Made by a program: the position numbers and the translations under genes. Under the pieces are notes generated by a model. That model was not told the origin of the DNA. It ran no database searches and worked only from the letters and a program-made list of their open reading frames with translations. Shown here piece after piece: positions 52,794-64,000 of a stretch of DNA of 64,000 nt. Each line of letters begins with the position of its first letter. Position 1 is the stretch's first letter. Origin of the DNA: Chrysomallon squamiferum (lineage: Eukaryota > Animalia > Mollusca); assembly GCA_012295275.1 (NCBI GenBank), contig CM022670.1:17608001-17672000 (forward strand). The letters are read 5' to 3'.

Positions 52794-54439
52794 GTCCAAG
52801 AATAAAAAAAATCGAAAAAGTCATCAGGTTTGTATTTAAGAAACATTCAGTACGTTTTATTGGAAATCATAGTTAATAACCTCGTTCTGAGATACTTTCG
52901 TGTTTTAACGATTTTCTGCAGTAGGTGTTTACTTTTTAAAATCCATTCTCGCTTCATTAGATACCTTTTTTCAGTCAAGAAGATGGAATGTATTAAAGAA
53001 AGAACAAGAAAAGGACTGTTCTTGCAAAATTTGATCCGCTTCAATACTGACGATTAGACTAATACTCTGCAATTGGCTAATCAAAATCAAATTTTTCCTA
53101 CCTCAGTGTTTACCTAATGTATTTCACAAACAAGCACAACGTGCGCCAAAGTTCGATAAACGTTACACTGAATGTACTCAAACATACGACAAATAATCTT
53201 CGTGTTTTTGTAATTTGCCTCATTGTATCGGATGACTCCTTTAACCTATTTGATGTTTTAGATATGGCAGGCCGCCTTCTCGTGGAAATTACTTTCTTTG
53301 ATGCGACTAAAAAGCCCATCTGGCCCGGCTATCATTATAGTGTCAGAGAATCGGTAAAGTCTTCATTACAGTGTCACACGGCGGCAGTCATGTTATTACG
53401 TTGTCTTCTTATCGCTTACGATATCATTAAAATCCACTGTTGTCGCTTACGATATCATTAAAATGCAGAGATGGAGAAAAGTAAACGAACGGCGTTATTT
53501 TACACAAACTCGTTTAGAAGAGAGTCGTTACTTTTATCATTTCTGTGAATTAAATTAATTCCTAAGGAAAAGAATAGATTATGAGTTGGTTGTTAACACC
53601 TCCCCCCAAAAACCGATATCGTTGTTATTATCATTATTATTTTTTAATAAACAAGTTATTGACGCTAACAGAAAATGTGTTATTATCTGTGTGGTATAAA
53701 ATAACTGGGTTAACACGCTACATAATGAACAAACACATAGTAATAACATATCGAGATGATCTTCATTAAATTGTAATTAATTCATCACGTGATTACAATG
53801 AGTTTTACAGACTGTAGTGACGTCAATACGATGTGTAGAAAGTGTTTTTGATAATCGTTTTGTACAGCTTATGTTCCTTTCACATAACATTTTGATGTTT
53901 GTTAATGACGTGAGTTCATTTATTGATTCATTCTTTTGTTGCTTTCATCCTTTCTTTCTTTGTTATTTTCTTCATTTCTTTATCCTATATCTTATTATTT
54001 TTATTTATTCATTTATTTATTTATTATTATTTAGCATGACTTCTTCGTCGTGCTATTAATAATATTAATTATAATTACAATTGTTGTTGTTGTTGTTACA
54101 CATTTCTTTTTCATTTACTTTTACTATTCATTTTTAAAAATGTTTAAATCTACACAATAATAATACTCGACTAGTTACTTGAAGATTACTCAATAAATAT
54201 ATATATATATTTTTTTTACTGACATTATTATTTTATCCATTATCTTTAAAAACACGCTAAGTTAAGTAATTGCTTTTCATGTCAGGTATAATGTAAGCTT
54301 TTATAAAATGAGCAATAACTTTTTTCACGATTCAGACAACAAAACGGAGAAAAAAACAAACAAAAATGTGACATTAGAGTTTGTAAACAAACTTTTCTAT
54401 TGTGACCAAAATCGAGTGGAAAAGATCTTAGCAGACTGG

Positions 54440-54485
<46 letters not shown>

Positions 54486-54562
54486 TACATACATATTTAC
54501 ATATTTATACACACACTCACACACACACACATATACATACATACATACATATTTACATATTT

Positions 54563-54593
<31 letters not shown>

Positions 54594-54598
54594 GCGAA

Positions 54599-54675
<77 letters not shown>

Positions 54676-54760
54676 TGCATACAAACATACATACCCACCT
54701 CCTTACATACATACATACATACATATGTACATACACACACACATCCAAACAAACATAAAC
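54440..54760. repeat. Compound (AT)n/(AC)n/(ATAC)n/(AG)n microsatellite
   Basis: Direct reading. Similar simple repeats occur at 15599-15632, 38150-38310, 40147-40322, 52725-52792, 56615-56730, 61490-61522 and 63496-63580. Confidence 0.95.
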
Positions 54761-55757
54761 ACATACAAAACTTTTATCAGAAGACAAAATGTTTTATATG
54801 TTTATGTTACGTTTTTATTTCATTAACCGATTTTTTATGTAACAAATTGATTGTTACACTATTAGACACATATAATATATCAGTTAACTATATATTTTAT
54901 ATCTCCACTGAAACTGACCTTTAATTATCTCTACAGAATATTCATTGTAACAGACACAAATCAACCTAACTGCAAGTACATAATTATTTAAATGAAATTT
55001 TTAACCAGAAATACTTGTTTTTGTATATTACAATATCTTATTTTATTTCAACTATTGCTAAATCAGGATCTATATCTTGTATTTAAATGGTAATGTTTAT
55101 CTGAACTCAGCATTTGCGTCATAACGTACAGTTTATCATATTACTTATTCTCAGTCACTGATGGTTGCAAACTGTGGTAAATCCTTGGCTATTTCCACCC
55201 ACTGTGGGACGCTGTGTACTTGTATATGTATTCAGAAGTAGTCTTCTGATGCTCCTTAATATCTCTACAGAGCTAAATAATTTAATAACTCAAGCATCTT
55301 ATCAATTTTCCATTACTGCCGTTTACCAAAATGGCGACCAAAGTAGTCTGAATTAAGGGAGACTGTGGTGGAGTTAGAAAGTGAAGAGAGTACGAGAAAA
55401 TAAAGTTAATTCATAAAAATGAACATTTTTTTATTTGTTGTTTTTGAATCGACTGAAAAAAAAAAAATAAAAAAAAAAAGAAGAAAAAAAAATATGACGT
55501 TAAGATAATTAGAGAAATAATAAAACTATCTGGTGAAAATTTTGATTTAAAATGTTCAGTTTTCAAATCAGATGATAAGAAAATATTTATATATATAGAT
55601 ATATATTTCTAGAATAATTAAAATTATTGGGGTAGTTAAATTCCATTGGTCATCTAAGCAACAATTTAAATTCTTTTTATATATTCAACCACTAGCCAGT
55701 TTTGGAATCTAAGTTTCTCTATATATAAAAGGTGAGATAGACAGATAGATATCTAGA

Positions 55758-55803
<46 letters not shown>

Positions 55804-55983
55804 GACGGATAAATGTATTTAATAATCTTTGCATAATTGTAAATAAAAGAAAAATAATAAATAAAAAAGAAATTAATAGTGAGTGAATGAATGAATGAAT
55901 GAATAAATGAAAGAACAAAGAAACATACAAATAAACAAACAAATTTACAAATAAATAAATAATAAACTAAATAAATAAATATA

Positions 55984-56014
<31 letters not shown>

Positions 56015-56612
56015 ACAACTAACTAACTAATTATTTAACTAACTGACTAACTAAATAAATAAATAAATAAATAATGATAATGATGATGATGATGGTCATA
56101 ATAATAATAATAATAACAATAATATTAATAATAAATCATAATAAAACTAAAATAACCACAATAACAAGCAGTAAAAAGAACAAGATATTTTTTAAAAAAT
56201 TGTTATTTTTGGTAAACATATTTAGAATTTTTGCAAATAAAAACAAACACAAATTCATAGTTTATCCAAGTTTATTTGCTTCGTGGAAACAGCTCTACAT
56301 CACTGTAAAATTGGTATTTTCAGAACACAAGACAGACGGGTCAGAAGACAATATTTAAAAACATGGGTCACTGTTCTTACAAGTTTAGAAATACACAAAA
56401 TTTTGTTGTGTTCGAGTGATAATGTACAGAGAAATTTTTGTATAGTGAGACAGAAAATATTTGTGATAGGAATTCGCTCCTAGAAAAAAAAAAAAAATAT
56501 ATAGTGAGACAAAAAAAAAAAAAGATTAATAATTAAAATGAGTAATGTCCGTATTCATATAATAATTAATATTTATGAGATGTAGATGTACTGTGTAAAG
56601 ATTCAAGGTATT

Positions 56613-56696
<84 letters not shown>

Positions 56697-57402
56697 TAAT
56701 AATAATAATAATAATTATAATTATAATAATAACTGTAAGTGATAATGATTATAATGATGTTAATAATAATAGTTATATCTCTGTTTCATTATAGTCTGCC
56801 CAGCTTTAAATAATAAATAACAATAACTCTTTGAAGAATGATTAGAATTTATAAAAATGTACAAGGAAACTAACAAAAGTTATTTATAAATGTCAAATTT
56901 CACTTATAGAACAAGAGATTTCAAATAACATTAATCTCTATTATGTCTTTTTTTTCAATTTTAGCTATAATAATAATAATGATGATGATGATGATGATGA
57001 TGATGATTATAAAATAAATAATATAATAATAATAATATTAATAATAATAATAATAATAATAACAATAATAATAATAACAATAATAATAATAAAATAATAA
57101 TAATAAGTAAATAATTTAAAGAAGAATATTCCAGAATAACTGAATAAATTAGTAAAATAAATTCTGTATGAGAAACTGTAATACCTGTTCATTATTTTGA
57201 ACATTCATTTAAGAAATATTAGAAAAAAAAAAAAAAAAATGGAAGCAGGTGTTTAAAAAAATGTTCAGACTAGAATAAATAAAAAATAGCACGCAGACTG
57301 GTAGACGGAAATTCCACCAACACGATAATACAGTCTCTAACCTCACACATCATCTAGTTTATCTGCACGACTTCATAAATCGTCATCTTTCATAACAATT
57401 TA

Positions 57403-57443
<41 letters not shown>

Positions 57444-58230
57444 GGAATGCACAAAATTTCATGTACACATCCAAATCCATTTTTCTTCCTGTCATGCATC
57501 AGCTTTATGTTAAACTAGACACGTGTTCCATCAGTGTAATAAGCCGATTCAGACAAAATGTTGTCACACAAATCACGTGATTTCTATAAATAGATCTTTC
57601 TTAATTATGTATTTGAGACAGATATCGTAGAAAGGAAAACCACATTCTTTTCCCCTCAAACAGAAAAAATGTAAAAAAGCATGAATCTCAAGAGACAACC
57701 ACACCCAAATATTTTTTATAACGGAAGTGATGTATTGCGCAAATCCAGTTCTCTTTCTTTAATTGCCTATCAGGCCAAGTCCTCTTTCTTTCCTTGACTA
57801 CCAAGTTCAATTACTTTCACCAAAGGAAGTGACGTAATGCGCAAGTCCTGTCTTCTTTCTTTGAAAACATTCTGTATAATATTTGTTTCACTTTGACGAA
57901 CTCTTTACATTGTTTTTTTTTTTTTTTTTTCTTCGACAAAGAGGAAAACAAAACATGAAACGATTAATGGACGAAGGGATGAGAAAAGTTTATCAGATGT
58001 TTTAATGGTGCACCAATAGATTTGTCCAGTCACTGAAAATTAAACTCTTTCCATTCCTGATAAATGGACTCAACGAACAAGTTGTTCGCTCCTTTCTGGT
58101 ATGTCGTTATTCTCGCCTCGTTTTGAGAATACTTCCAGCAGAGGCATTTTTAACAGCCATATTTAAAGTTATTTTCCTTTAAGTTGTTGTTTGTTTGTTG
58201 TCGTTAAGGAGAACAATTGTTTAATTACTG

Positions 58231-61463
<3,233 letters not shown>

Positions 61464-61492
61464 CTAGATGGGTAGTTAGGAGGGTAGGTAGT

Positions 61493-61523
<31 letters not shown>

Positions 61524-63494
61524 GACGGATGGATGAATGGATAATCTGTTTTATGGATAGAAAGACAAATAGACAAATGATGAAGGAATGTGAGTAATAT
61601 AAAACTAAATAAATTAATAATGAAATATAAAAGTTAAATGAACAAAGATATAAAAGTATTGTGTTTTTATTTTGTAATTTGTTGTGACATATGTGCGGTG
61701 TTTTGTGACAGATATCTGTTTACAGCTCTCAGACGTAGTCTGTTAAATGCTGTTTTCAGACGCTAATAGGCGTAATGATGACAGCTGCGACGACATGGTA
61801 GACCAAAATGTCATTACGACGACAGCCATGGTCTTGGCGGCCAATAAAACTTCATTATTACAAGAATAAATTCAGTCCTCCCTAATTTTGTTAATTCGCG
61901 GCTTCGGACCGAGATTTTTACGGAAGAGCGTTCCCAAGAGCTATTTCTCGTATTAATCCACTCTCGCGAGATCTCATCCAATCTGCATAATTCTACACTA
62001 GACGGCGCTACATCTGCCATATTGCACCGCTTGCGTCGTTGATGAACGCCGGTCAGAAACTCGTGAAGAGCTCTGGTCCTTCCAAGTGCTTATTGAACTA
62101 TCATCTCCAGTGGCGACACCTGGTGTCAGAAGCACACATAGCACGCGCAAATTAGCTCGATTTTCTCCTAATAAGAAACCGATATCGAAGGAGGGTCACG
62201 TGCGGTGTTATCGCGCACGCTAGACTGGCTTGTGGTCGGGTTCCGCGTTTGACGCATCACCGCAGACGAGACATCTAGATATGTACTTAAACTTTAACAG
62301 TGGTTTAATTCCTGTCATTATTTCACACCAGACTCTCACATATCAAATATTTATAACTTTATCTTTCACTTTTTCTCTCTATTCTTTTTTTTTTTTCTTC
62401 TCCATTCTTTTCATTTCATATATTTATTTTCTCGCTTTCTTTTTTTAATTTTCTGTCATCTTCTTTTATGTATTCAAAATCCATATTTATCAGTAAAATA
62501 AATACACGATTCTTTTCATCATTGTCATTAAACAGGTGCTTTTTCTGGTAAAACTCAAAGAGATCTCTTTTCATAATAAAAAAACTTCGAATGGTCTCTT
62601 TTCGCAGTAAAAAAAACTCTCAAAGCGGTTTCTTTTCACAGAAAAACAAACACAGGACACTACGCAGGATTCTGTTCACAACAAAAGTCAAAGAGGCCTT
62701 TTTTTCAGAATAAAACACATGTAGGTCACTCTGTCACGGTAAAAATAAAAAAATAAGTCTCTTTTCTTAGTAAAACAGCAGAGCCCTATGTGTAAATAAA
62801 ATACTGTCACTCCTCCGTCCCTCTCTAAATCTATACAAAACATTACACATACAAGAGTAACATTATAATTCTATTAGTAATGAAAAATAAACATAAATAA
62901 ACAATTAGTACTAACAAACTGAATATTAAAGTAGGCGCCTTGTTTACAGTAAAATATATAACTGACATAAAATATGTATTTTTATTCACACATACTTTCT
63001 GTAAAAAAAAAAAAATGATACTTAAATTTAAAATAATCTGTTGGTACCGTTTATAAATTATAGCAGCTTATGCACAGACTTTAATGTGTCAAACTCGATA
63101 AAATATTGCACCCATCTTCACATGCATTTACATTCTGCATAAAATACTATAATCACCACGAGCCTAAAACGTACTTCGGTAATGACGTATTTGCGTAAAG
63201 AGTCGTCACAAAGCGTATTATTAAGATTAACTGGCTATAAGTAATCTTCTTTAGGACATGTTTTAATTGAAGATTCTAAGCCTAATCAATAGTAGTAAAA
63301 GAATCATTAAAAGTACTCGCTTTTTTTGCGTCGCTTTCCTGTATTTTACTAGCCCGAAGGAATACGTCGTGTTCTATTTAACTGTTGACAAATGTGAATG
63401 GTTGTTTGTAAATTAAACTCTAATTATAGTGGTACTTATATGAAATTACTGTCTATATCACGAATGTCGAGTACGTTTATTTGCAAATGTATTT

Positions 63495-63562
<68 letters not shown>

Positions 63563-64000
63563 TGACAAGAGAGAGAGAGAAGAACAACAACAACAACCCC
63601 TACCTGAAAAAAGATCATGAAAAATACGAGGAAATCAGGAAATTAGTAGTAGTAGTAGTAGTAATAGTAGAAATAACCAGTTTTAGTAGAAATGAATAGT
63701 ACGGTGCTAGTAGTCCTTGTATAATAATCATAGTGTTGACAGTAATAGTGTTACAAGTGCAAGTTTTCACTGTATTGATATATTAGTAATAATACTAGAA
63801 GTCATTGTACTTTAATAGTGATTGTAGTAGTTACAAATCTTTTTCTTTATGTATTTATAAAACGTTTGCCAAGATAACTTAAACTTCACCGTAAGTATTA
63901 ATTTTCTTTTCTAAAAATATTTAGAACATCTTTAAAGAGACAGTTTAAAAGTTATAAAAAATACATCTTAACACAAAAAGCTTTAAGTTCTCGAAATCTT

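Noticed and set aside
53412-53464. 22-bp near-tandem duplication TCGCTTACGATATCATTAAAAT
   Set aside because: Ordinary slippage duplication. The overlapping 114-aa ORF has no recognisable features.

Overview
AT-rich, microsatellite-laden animal genomic DNA with short GT-AG introns. The gene content and repeats suggest an invertebrate, probably a mollusc or other lophotrochozoan, but the species cannot be determined. In order: the 3' part of a SPICE1 gene with a large polyQ insert (+, 182-7954); a decayed Tc1 transposase (~9.7-10.5 kb); two paralogous giant-exon C2H2 zinc-finger genes (+, 12996-16423 and 20699-25770); an orphan THAP-domain exon (28969-29295) that can be spliced in frame from an internal donor of the second ZNF gene; a small C2H2 gene (-, 34591-32518); a hAT MITE with an 8-bp TSD; a cluster of tRNA-Asn(GTT) genes and pseudogenes (41.3-50.6 kb); and the last three coding exons of an AP-2 (TFAP2) gene (-), one carrying a 1-nt frameshift. 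The most notable signal is a Tx1/L1-like non-LTR retrotransposon whose 3' end sits in four different tRNA-Asn copies, three of them at the same position (GGTTA^GCGCG, D-arm). The longest insertion is flanked by a 75-bp duplication that ends at the Pol III terminator and leaves a full-length tRNA sequence upstream.
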